Positions 8,831-16,749 of a stretch of DNA of 32,000 bases are shown piece by piece. A model generated the notes under the pieces. The model was given only the letters and a program-made list of their open reading frames with translations. It made no database searches and was not told the DNA's origin. Both the position numbers and the translations under genes were made by a program. The first letter of the stretch is position 1. Every line of letters begins with the position of its first letter. Source of the DNA: Mycolicibacterium smegmatis. GTDB lineage: Bacteria > Actinomycetota > Actinomycetes > Mycobacteriales > Mycobacteriaceae. The DNA lies in the NCBI RefSeq assembly GCF_001457595.1, contig NZ_LN831039.1, positions 210,001 through 242,000 of the forward strand. Direction: 5' to 3'.

Positions 8831-8863
8831 TCGACTACATTAGCGTGTAGTCATTCGACTACA
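8822..8863. promoter_or_regulatory. Two tandem 18-bp palindromic operators (probable TetR binding sites) in the tetR / tauD-like divergent region
   Basis: The two sites are TGTAGTC-ACTC-GACTACA (8822-8839) and TGTAGTC-ATTC-GACTACA (8846-8863). Both have perfect 7-bp arms, they differ at one spacer base, and their starts are 24 bp apart. The first covers the tetR start codon. Confidence 0.7.
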
Positions 8864-8937
8864 AACGTGAGGAGCGCGCAGATGACCGACACGCGCCATG
8901 CCCCGCCACCCGCCCCCGGCCCATCCCCGGGTACGAC

Positions 8938-9819
8938 GTGTCCGCGGGGCCGTTCAGTCACCTTGCGGCCGAGCGCGATCGGCTGGCCGCGTTGCGGTGG
9001 CGACATTTCGACGCCGAGCAGGTGGGAACGACGCTGGGAGCGCAGATCTCAGGAGTGGACCTCACGAGGCCTCTTGCCGGCGCGGTGTTCGACGAACTGC
9101 GCACGGCCCTGCACGAGTACAAGTTCCTGTTCTTCCGTGACCAACCCATGTCCGCGGACGCGCACGCCGCGCTCGCACGGCAGTTCGGGCCGCTGGAGGT
9201 GCACCCGCTGCTGCCGGCCAACAGTGCGGAGTCGGCGTTGGCCCGCTTCCAGAAGGACGCCAACGTGTCGGGGTACGAGAACGCCTGGCATCACGACGTC
9301 ACATGGAGACCCGAGCCGTCGATCCTGGCGATCCTGCACGCCATCGAGGTACCGCCGATCGGGGGCGACACGTTGTTCGCCGACATGTACGCCGCGTACG
9401 ACTCGCTCGACGACGAGACCAAGGCCGAGATCGACCGCCTCGACGCCGCACACGATTTCACGTACTACCTCCGCGGGCTGATACCGGACGAGAAGATCGC
9501 CGAACTGCAGGCCGCGCATCCGCCGGTCACCCACCCCGTGGTGTGCACCCATCCCATCACCGGCCGTCGCCATCTCTACGTCAACCGGATGTTCGTCAGC
9601 CACATCGCCGGATATCCCCACGAGGCGGGTCGTGCGCTGCTGGATCGGTTGTGCCGCAAGACCGATACACCCGAGCATCAGGTCCGGTTCCGCTGGACTC
9701 CCGACTCGGTGGCGATCTGGGACAACCGGGCCGTGCAGCACTACGCGGCGAGCGACTATTGGCCGCACACGCGCATCATGGAGCGGGCGTCGGTGACCGG
9801 GCCCGTGCCCTGCCGCTGA
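8938..9819 (+). CDS. TauD/TfdA-family Fe(II)/2-oxoglutarate-dependent dioxygenase
   Basis: WHHDVTW supplies the HxD iron ligands, with GGDTLFADM and a distal WDNRAVQHYA. Its 293 aa is typical. GTG 8938 is the first in-frame start after a TAG at 8848, but it has a weak SD (see findings). Confidence 0.8.
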   Translation: MSAGPFSHLAAERDRLAALRWRHFDAEQVGTTLGAQISGVDLTRPLAGAVFDELRTALHEYKFLFFRDQPMSADAHAALARQFGPLEVHPLLPANSAESALARFQKDANVSGYENAWHHDVTWRPEPSILAILHAIEVPPIGGDTLFADMYAAYDSLDDETKAEIDRLDAAHDFTYYLRGLIPDEKIAELQAAHPPVTHPVVCTHPITGRRHLYVNRMFVSHIAGYPHEAGRALLDRLCRKTDTPEHQVRFRWTPDSVAIWDNRAVQHYAASDYWPHTRIMERASVTGPVPCR

Positions 9820-9845
9820 CCACCCATACAGAGGGGACCGACCAG

Positions 9846-11002
9846 ATGGCCCGACCGGAGCCTTTCGCCCACGTCACGCCCGATGAGCAACTCGACGATC
9901 TCAGAAGGCGGCTGCGGGCGACCCGCTGGAACGATGCGCCCGAGGATGCGGGCTGGTCCATCGGCGCCGACTCCGGTTACCTGAGGGAACTGGTGGCTTA
10001 CTGGGTCGACGAATTCGACTGGAGACAGCGAGAACTGGAACTGAACGCGTTGCCGCGGTTCCGCGCGTCGCTCGACGGACTCGGCATTCATTTCGTCCAC
10101 GCGCGGGCCGTCGAAGGATCTCCCGCCCCTTGCCGTTGATCCTCACCCATGGCTGGCCCGACTCGTTCTGGCGGTACGCCAAGGTCATTGCGCTGTTGAC
10201 CGACCCGGCGAGCCACGGCGGGGATCCCGCCGACGCGTTCGATGTGGTGGTGCCCGACCTTCCCGGATTCGGATACTCGGACCGTCCGCGCATTCCGGCG
10301 TTGAATGCGGCCGAGGTCGCCGCGCTGTGGTCGCGCCTCATGACCGCACTGGGCTATCCGCGGTACGGAGCGGTGGGCGGTGACATCGGTAGTAGCGTCA
10401 GCCGCTTTCTGGCCCTGGACTTTCCGGAACAAGTGGTTGCGGTGCATCGTATGGACGCCGGCCTGCCTGCGGGGACTGCCGAACTCGGTGACCTCAGCGA
10501 AGACGAACGCAGGTGGATCGAGGAGGCGACGCGGTGGGGTGGCGCCGAGGGGGCCTACGCCGCGATGCATCGCACCAAACCGCAGACTGCCGCGGTGGGC
10601 CTGACGGACTCGCCGGCCGGTCTCGCTGCGTGGATCGTCGAGAAGATGCGGGCGTGGAGTGACTGCGGCGGGGACGTCGAGAGCGTGTTCAGCAAGGATG
10701 ACCTCCTCACCAACGTCACGGTGTACTGGATGACCGCCACCATCGGCTCGTCGATGCGTATGTACCGGGCGAATGCCGCGATCCCGGTGGAGCAGTACGC
10801 GCGACGCGTCGAGGTGCCGACGGGGTACTCGCTGTTCCGCGGGGACATCGTGCGACCGCCACATGCCTGGCTGCACCGCACCAGCAACGCCGTCTACATC
10901 ACGGAACCACCGCGCGGTGGGCACTTCGCGCCGTACGAGCAACCGGAACTCTATGCCGAGGAACTGCGGAACTTCTTCCGGCCCTACCGCAATCACACCT
11001 GA
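9846..11002 (+). pseudogene. Epoxide hydrolase (EHN N-terminal domain plus alpha/beta-hydrolase) interrupted by a -1 frame break near 10105-10130
   Basis: Frame 0 (ATG 9846, SD AGAGGGGA) encodes the EHN domain and ends ..GIHFVHARAVEGSPAPCR* at 10139. Frame 2 continues ..RPLPLILTHGWPDSFWRY.. to TGA 11002. The canonical junction HF.H....PL.L.HGWP is split across the two frames. Together they give about 385 aa, a normal full length. Confidence 0.8.
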
Positions 11003-11016
11003 CGGTCTACAACGGA

Positions 11017-12789
11017 GTGATGCCGTTCACCACCCGCCCGACCGTGACCGGATGGCACGGCATGGCCGCGTCCACCCACTGGCTGGCGTCCGGAACCGCG
11101 CAAGCCGTGCTGGAGCGTGGCGGCAACGCCTTCGATGCCGCGGTGGCCGCGGGATTCGTCCTGCACGTCGCCGAACCGCATCTCAACGGTCCAGGCGGGG
11201 ACATGGTGGCGCTGGTGTCCACCTCCACCACCCCGCAGCCCGTGGTCCTGGTCGGACAGGGGCCTGCGCCTGCCGGTGCGACGATCGCGGCCTTTCGGGA
11301 GCGCGGGCTGACGCACGTGCCGGGGGCCGGTGCGCTCGCGGCGGCGGTGCCCGCCGCGGTGGAGACGTGGTTTCACCTGCTGGAGCGTTACGGCACATGG
11401 CGGCTGTCCGACGTCCTCGGCTATGCCGCCGAGTACGCCGAGCGCGGCATCGAGTGCAGCGAGCAGCTCTCGGCTGTGCTCGCCACCATGGCCCGTCATT
11501 TCACCGCGCACTGGCCGACTTCGCGCGACGTGTGGCTGCCCGACGGCACCCCACCCGCACCTGGTGACCTGGTCCGCAATCCGGCGTATGCGGCCGTGCT
11601 GCGCCGGTTGTCCGAGGCCGGCGCGACCGGTACCCGCGTGGCGGGCATCGACCGGGCCCGCCGGATGTGGCGCAATGAGATTGCCTCGGCCATCGTCGAA
11701 TTCACGTCACGGCCACACCGCCACTCGGGTGGCGGTGACCATGCCGGGGTGCTCACCACATCGGACTTCCAGAATCTGCGGATCGGTTCGGAAGCGTCGC
11801 TGCGGCTGCGGTTCCGCGGTGTCGACGTGGTCAAGGCCGGGTTCTGGTCATCGGGGCCGGTGTTGTTGCAGGCGTTGGGAATTCTCGACCAGGCAGCGGC
11901 ATCGCGCAGCATCGACCCCGACACCGCCGCCGGGGCACACACGATCGTCGAGACCGTCAAGCTGGCGATGGCCGACCGCGAGGCGTACTACGGCGACGCC
12001 CGCCCCGACCAGGGGGTCCTTGGGCAACTTCTCTCCGTCGAGTACTGCGCGGAGCGTGCGGGTGCCATCACCGATCACGCAGCGACCGTCGTCGATCCCG
12101 GTGTGTTGCCGGGCATCCGGCCCTACCGGTCACGGACCACCGTCACGCCCCACGACGAACTCGGCACGGGTGAGCCGACGGTGTCGCGTACCGGCGAAAC
12201 CCGCGGTGACACCTGTCATCTGGACGTGGTGGACCGTTTCGGCAACATGATCTCGGCAACCCCGTCCGGCGGGTGGCTGCAGTCGTCACCGGCTGTCCCT
12301 GGCCTGGGCTTCTGTCTGGGTACACGGCTGCAGATGACCTGGCTCGACGAGGACAGCCCCTCGGCGTTGAAGCCGGGGACCCGCCCGCGGACGACGCTGA
12401 GCCCGACCATGGTGCTCGAGGCGGGCGTACCCGTGACGTCACTGGGCACGCCCGGCGGTGACCAGCAGGACCAGTGGCAACTGCTCTATCTGTTGCGCAC
12501 CATCGTCACAGGCATGACACCACAACAGGCGATCGACGCTCCGATGTACCACACCACCGCTTTTCCCGGGTCGTTCGTGCCGCGTACCGCATCGGAACGC
12601 GGTGTGGTGGTGGAGGATCGGGCCGGAACCGAGGTGATCGACGGATTGCGCGGCCGCGGGCACGACGTGACCGTCACAGACGGTTGGTCACTCGGAAGGC
12701 TGTCCATGGTGGGCCGAGACCGTGTGACCGGCCGGTTGTGCGCGGCCGCCAACCCCCGTGGCGGCACCGGTTACGCCGTCGGGCGGTGA
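11017..12789 (+). CDS. Gamma-glutamyltransferase-family (Ntn-hydrolase) protein
   Basis: At 590 aa it carries an autoprocessing/nucleophile region GDTCHLDVVDRFGNMISATPSGGW and a typical C-terminus ..AAANPRGGTGYAVGR. The start is GTG 11017 or ATG 11020; neither has a well-spaced SD. Confidence 0.85.
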   Translation: MMPFTTRPTVTGWHGMAASTHWLASGTAQAVLERGGNAFDAAVAAGFVLHVAEPHLNGPGGDMVALVSTSTTPQPVVLVGQGPAPAGATIAAFRERGLTHVPGAGALAAAVPAAVETWFHLLERYGTWRLSDVLGYAAEYAERGIECSEQLSAVLATMARHFTAHWPTSRDVWLPDGTPPAPGDLVRNPAYAAVLRRLSEAGATGTRVAGIDRARRMWRNEIASAIVEFTSRPHRHSGGGDHAGVLTTSDFQNLRIGSEASLRLRFRGVDVVKAGFWSSGPVLLQALGILDQAAASRSIDPDTAAGAHTIVETVKLAMADREAYYGDARPDQGVLGQLLSVEYCAERAGAITDHAATVVDPGVLPGIRPYRSRTTVTPHDELGTGEPTVSRTGETRGDTCHLDVVDRFGNMISATPSGGWLQSSPAVPGLGFCLGTRLQMTWLDEDSPSALKPGTRPRTTLSPTMVLEAGVPVTSLGTPGGDQQDQWQLLYLLRTIVTGMTPQQAIDAPMYHTTAFPGSFVPRTASERGVVVEDRAGTEVIDGLRGRGHDVTVTDGWSLGRLSMVGRDRVTGRLCAAANPRGGTGYAVGR

Positions 12790-13239
12790 ATCCACCGGAG
12801 GTTCCGGCAGGGGTTCGAGGCCTTCGGCCCGCCTCTTGAGCCGTACGCTGCGCAGGATCTGCAAGCTGAGGTTGGTCGACGTGATCATCGGGAAAATGCC
12901 GAGGAACGTGCGCTCGGACGGGGTGCGCCCGTGCAACTGCTCGAGGCTGCCGAACACATAGAAACACCCGAGAAAGAACAGGGTGGCCGGAACGGCAAGT
13001 GCCAGCAGGCTGCCGCGATCGTGGAGAACCTGGCGGGCGAGGCTGAGCTCGTCGGCGGTCATCGGTGCACGTTTGCCCACCTTGCGCACCGCTGCGGTCG
13101 CGGCACCGATCCCGAGCGTCGCGGTGACGTGCGCCCGCCGCCCGACGCGCCTGGTGAACATGAACGCTCCGAACGCGGCCACCCAGATCAAGGTGAACGA
13201 GATGATCGCGAAGATGCCGTACAGAGTGGAAGTGGTCAT
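12688..13239 (-). CDS. Hypothetical membrane protein translationally coupled to mmpL
   Basis: ATG 13239 overlaps the mmpL stop (ATGA). There are two or three hydrophobic helices (LYGIFAIISFTLIWVAAFGAFMF, LLALAVPATLFFLGCFYVFG). I recognised no family. The last ~33 codons run antisense through the GGT 3' end. Confidence 0.55.
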   Translation of the reverse strand: MTTSTLYGIFAIISFTLIWVAAFGAFMFTRRVGRRAHVTATLGIGAATAAVRKVGKRAPMTADELSLARQVLHDRGSLLALAVPATLFFLGCFYVFGSLEQLHGRTPSERTFLGIFPMITSTNLSLQILRSVRLKRRAEGLEPLPEPPVDSPPDGVTGAATGVGGRAQPAGHTVSAHHGQPSE

Positions 13240-16079
13240 ACCACATCTGCCCTTTCACGTTGCCGCACCGCCTGTCTCAACGGTCGTTGCCGGATGAAGG
13301 TGGGCCACCAGAACCACGGGCCGAGCAGCCGCAGCAGGCACGGCACCACCAGCGAGCGAACGATCATGGTGTCCAGCAGCAGGCCGATACACACCGTGGT
13401 GCCCAGTTGGCCGATCGTGCGCAGATCACTGACCAGCATCGACAGCATGGTGAACGCGAACACCAGGCCGGCCGAGGTCACCACGGCGCCCGTGCTGCCC
13501 AGCGCGCGGATGAGGCCCGTGTTGAGTCCCGCCCCGGTCTCCTCCTTCACCCGGGATATCAACAGCAGGTTGTAGTCGGAGCCGACGGCGACCAGGATGA
13601 TGAAGCTCAGCGGCAGAATCAGCCAGTGCAGCGGCAACCCGATGAGGTGCTGCCACATCATGACCGACAACCCGAACGCGCCGGCGAACGAGAACGCGAC
13701 GGTGCCGGGAATGACCATGGCGGCCACCAGGCTTCGGGTCAGATACAGCATGATGAGGAAGATCAGCACGAACGCCGCGATCGCCACGATGAGCAGATCC
13801 GATGCGGCATAGGTCTTGATGTCCAGGTTGTTCGACGCCGCGCCGCCGATGTAGATCCTGGCGCCGGCCAGCGAGGTCTCCTTGAGCGCCATCTTGATGG
13901 CGTCGGGGAACTGCTCGACGTGTTCGATGCCCTCCGGGGCCATGGCGTTGCCCTCGTGGGTGATGATGAACCGGGCGGCCTTGCCGTCGGGTGACATCAG
14001 CAGCTTCATGCCGGTCTTGACGTCGTCGTTGTCGAACGCCTCGTGGGGGATGTAGAAGAAGTCGTCGCTGCGCGCCGCGTCGAAATCGTTGCCGACGTTG
14101 ATCTGGTCGTAGTACGTCTGGTCGGTCTGGGTGGATTGCAGATGCGCCGGGCCGTAGTTGTTGGTGATGACTCCCAGCAGCGCCCGGCTGTCGGCGATCA
14201 TCCGCTCCAGTTGCGTGATCATCTGCGGCAGCAGGCGATCGATGGCCTCGAACGAGACGACGGCGTTGCCGATCTGTTCATCGAGGCTGTCGATGCCGTC
14301 GAGCGAGTCGAACAGCGAACGCATCGCGAAGCACACCGGGATGTCGAAACAGTGTGGTTCCCAGTAGAAGTAGTTCTTGAGTGGGCGCAGGAAGTCGTCG
14401 AGATTCGAGATGCCCTCGTTCACCTCGTCGGTCACCTCCTTGAGGTTCTCGAATGTCAAGACGGTCGAGTGCAATTCGGCCGACATCTGCTGGGTGATCG
14501 TGATCACGTGCTGCAAGACCTCGACCGAACGTGCCTGGATCTCGGCCTGTCTGTCGGTGTTCTCGTTCGCCTGCTCGCTGAACGGCAGTTGCTGGCCGTT
14601 GGTGCTGCCCTGCGTGGTGAACAGGTAGGGAATGGTCGCGTGCTCCAAGGGCCGGCCCAGTGGCCTGGTGATGCTCTGCACCATGGCCACACCGGGAAGC
14701 CGGATGAGGGCTTTGGCCACACGGTCCAGGGAGATGAAGTCCGCCGAATTGCGCATATCGTGATCGGTCTCGATCATCAGCATCTCGGAGAACAGCTTGC
14801 TCTGGTTGAAATGCCGGTCGGCGGCCTGGAAACCGAGATTGGCCGGCGCATCCACCGGTTGGTATGCCCGATCGTCGTAGTTGACACGGTAGGACGGGAC
14901 GAACACCGCGCCGACCATGACGACCGCGGCGCTGGCGACGAAAATCGGTTTGGGCCAGCGCACGACGCTCGTGCCGATACGCCGATACAGGTGGCCCCGG
15001 GTCGGTCGTTTCGGATCGAACAGTGCCAGCAGGCTGCCCAGCGTCAGCAGTGCGGGTGCGAGCGTCAACGCCGCCGCGATCGTGAACAGCATGCTGATGG
15101 CCACGGCCGGGCCCATGGTGTGGAAGTAGTCGAGACGCGCGAGGCTCAGACAGAAACAGGCGCCCGCGATCGTCAGGCCGGATCCGATGATGATCGGGGC
15201 CACGCTGCGGTAGGCGGTGAAGTAGGCGTCCTCACGGGACTCACCGGACTGGCGGGCCTCGTGGTAGCGGCCCAGCAGGAAGATACCGTAATCCGTTCCG
15301 GCGCCGAGGGTCAGCGCCACCACCACGTTCACCGCGAATGACGACAGCGGGATGAGACCGAAGTGCCCGAGGGTCGCGATGACGCCTTTGGCGACGAGCA
15401 TCTCGATGAGCACGGCGGGCAGGGGTACGAGCAGGCACGCCGCCGACCGGTAGACCAGCAGCAGCATCACGACGATGAGGATGATCGTGAAGATCGTGAT
15501 GTTGTTGAGGCTGGAGTTCGCGGTCGAGAGGGTGTCCGAGGTCAACGGTGCGGCACCGCTCACGTAGACCTTGAGGCCCTGGGGCGGTGCGTCGTCGGCG
15601 ATGATGTCGCGGACCGCGTCGACGGACTCGTTGGCCTCGAGCTGACCGATGTTTCCCGCAAGACGCAAGAGCACGAATGAGGCTTTGCCATCGACACTCT
15701 GGGCGCCTGCCGCGGTGATGGGCTTGCCCCACAGATCCATCACGTACTGCACGTGCTCGGTGTCGGCCTGCAATCGGCGGACCAGATCGTCGTAGTACCT
15801 GTGGTCGCCGTCGTCGAGGGGGCGGTCGGCCTCGAAGACCAGCATGGTCAGGTTGGTGGAGTCGGATTCCTGAAACTTCTCGCCGATGTGCAGCAGCGCG
15901 ACCTGGGACGGCGCGTAGTTCGGGATCATCGGGCCGGCGAGTTCGTCGGCGACGTGCTCGACCTGTGGGATGAAGGTGTTGGTGGTGACCGCGAGCAGGC
16001 CCCAGAACACGATGATCGGCACGGCCAGCACACGCACGGTACGCGCGAAGAACGGCCGGCCCGCCCGGTGTGCGCTCAT
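13236..16079 (-). CDS. mmpL: MmpL-family RND transporter
   Basis: It is 947 aa from ATG 16079, which overlaps the mmpS stop (ATGA). It has two 6-TM bundles with GTDYGIFLLGRYHEAR and GSDYNLLLISRVKEE motifs and a large extracytoplasmic coiled-coil-rich insert. Confidence 0.93.
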   Translation of the reverse strand: MSAHRAGRPFFARTVRVLAVPIIVFWGLLAVTTNTFIPQVEHVADELAGPMIPNYAPSQVALLHIGEKFQESDSTNLTMLVFEADRPLDDGDHRYYDDLVRRLQADTEHVQYVMDLWGKPITAAGAQSVDGKASFVLLRLAGNIGQLEANESVDAVRDIIADDAPPQGLKVYVSGAAPLTSDTLSTANSSLNNITIFTIILIVVMLLLVYRSAACLLVPLPAVLIEMLVAKGVIATLGHFGLIPLSSFAVNVVVALTLGAGTDYGIFLLGRYHEARQSGESREDAYFTAYRSVAPIIIGSGLTIAGACFCLSLARLDYFHTMGPAVAISMLFTIAAALTLAPALLTLGSLLALFDPKRPTRGHLYRRIGTSVVRWPKPIFVASAAVVMVGAVFVPSYRVNYDDRAYQPVDAPANLGFQAADRHFNQSKLFSEMLMIETDHDMRNSADFISLDRVAKALIRLPGVAMVQSITRPLGRPLEHATIPYLFTTQGSTNGQQLPFSEQANENTDRQAEIQARSVEVLQHVITITQQMSAELHSTVLTFENLKEVTDEVNEGISNLDDFLRPLKNYFYWEPHCFDIPVCFAMRSLFDSLDGIDSLDEQIGNAVVSFEAIDRLLPQMITQLERMIADSRALLGVITNNYGPAHLQSTQTDQTYYDQINVGNDFDAARSDDFFYIPHEAFDNDDVKTGMKLLMSPDGKAARFIITHEGNAMAPEGIEHVEQFPDAIKMALKETSLAGARIYIGGAASNNLDIKTYAASDLLIVAIAAFVLIFLIMLYLTRSLVAAMVIPGTVAFSFAGAFGLSVMMWQHLIGLPLHWLILPLSFIILVAVGSDYNLLLISRVKEETGAGLNTGLIRALGSTGAVVTSAGLVFAFTMLSMLVSDLRTIGQLGTTVCIGLLLDTMIVRSLVVPCLLRLLGPWFWWPTFIRQRPLRQAVRQRERADVV

Positions 16080-16570
16080 GCGGACTTGACCCGGCACGTG
16101 ACGTCCGCGTTGGCGTGCGTCGATGAACGTTCGTCGCGCACAACGTCGTTCACGAGGATGCGGCAACCGACCTCGCCGCCCTGGACCTGCGCGGAGATGC
16201 TCCCGGACACGACGGTCAACGTCGTGGTCTCGGTGTGGGACCAGGGGAGTTCGCTGACGTCGACGCGGTGCGGGTTGCCTTCGATGTCGACGTAGGTCAG
16301 CATCCCGCCGTTTCCGGGTGATCCGAACAGTTCGTACGTCATGCGTTTCGGTGTGAACTGTTCCGGTGCCTGCGCGGCGAGCACCGTGGGCACCGGTCCG
16401 GGGGCCGACATCTCGTGCACCTTCCAGACCGCCAGGGAACCGATTCCGAGGGCGATGACGGTGACGGCGGGCAGCCAGCCTTTCTGCAGGGCGCCGGGCA
16501 CGACAGTTCGGCGCGCCGTCGTGCGCTCACCCGTCTTCCGCGCGGGCGGTTTCACGGCCACGAGGGTCAT
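16076..16570 (-). CDS. mmpS: MmpS-family membrane protein
   Basis: It has a single N-terminal TM helix followed by the MmpS beta-domain (KRMTYELFGSPGNGGMLTYVDIEGNPHRVDV..LPWSHT). SD AGGTGA lies 7 nt before ATG 16570. Confidence 0.88.
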   Translation of the reverse strand: MTLVAVKPPARKTGERTTARRTVVPGALQKGWLPAVTVIALGIGSLAVWKVHEMSAPGPVPTVLAAQAPEQFTPKRMTYELFGSPGNGGMLTYVDIEGNPHRVDVSELPWSHTETTTLTVVSGSISAQVQGGEVGCRILVNDVVRDERSSTHANADVTCRVKSA

Positions 16571-16734
16571 ATGTATATCACCTATGTGATTCGATGCTGC
16601 TGGAGATCTTGCTTGCTAGGGGCCAAACTCCATGGCATCCAATTTTTATTCCATCCCAGGCCAAGAATTCGCGCCTGAACACCTGTCAACTTTCAGAAGT
16701 GCAATGAATGTGTCCCCAATTTACTTCCTGTGAA

Positions 16735-16743
16735 TGATATAAA
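16735..16743 (+). promoter_or_regulatory. Extended -10-like element (TGaTATAAA) positioned for a leaderless marR transcript
   Basis: TG (16735-16736), one base, then TATAAA (16738-16743), then a 6-nt spacer before GTG 16750. There is no SD upstream of the GTG. The hexamer matches TATAAT at 5/6 but lacks the final T of the mycobacterial TANNNT. Confidence 0.3.
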
Positions 16744-16749
16744 TGACCT

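Noticed and set aside
7583-9481. A 632-aa + strand ORF, the longest 'novel' ORF in the track.
   Set aside because: It runs antisense through the GntR and TetR genes and out of frame through the TauD-like gene. Its translation is R/P/S/T/G-rich with no recognisable domain. The opposite or alternate frames carry clear family motifs. It is a stop-poor shadow frame typical of high-GC DNA.
10121-10139. Programmed -1 ribosomal frameshifting as the explanation for the split epoxide hydrolase.
   Set aside because: There is no X XXY YYZ slippery heptamer and no obvious downstream pseudoknot or hairpin. A mutation or a homopolymer sequencing error is the simpler explanation.
14043-15341. A 432-aa + strand ORF inside the mmpL region.
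   Set aside because: It is antisense to a full-length MmpL with canonical motifs, and its translation is low-complexity (D/R/G/V/H-rich).
16684-16689. A perfect -35 hexamer TTGACA (minus strand) upstream of mmpS.
   Set aside because: No acceptable -10 hexamer (TANNNT) lies 16-19 nt downstream, so I do not call a promoter from it.
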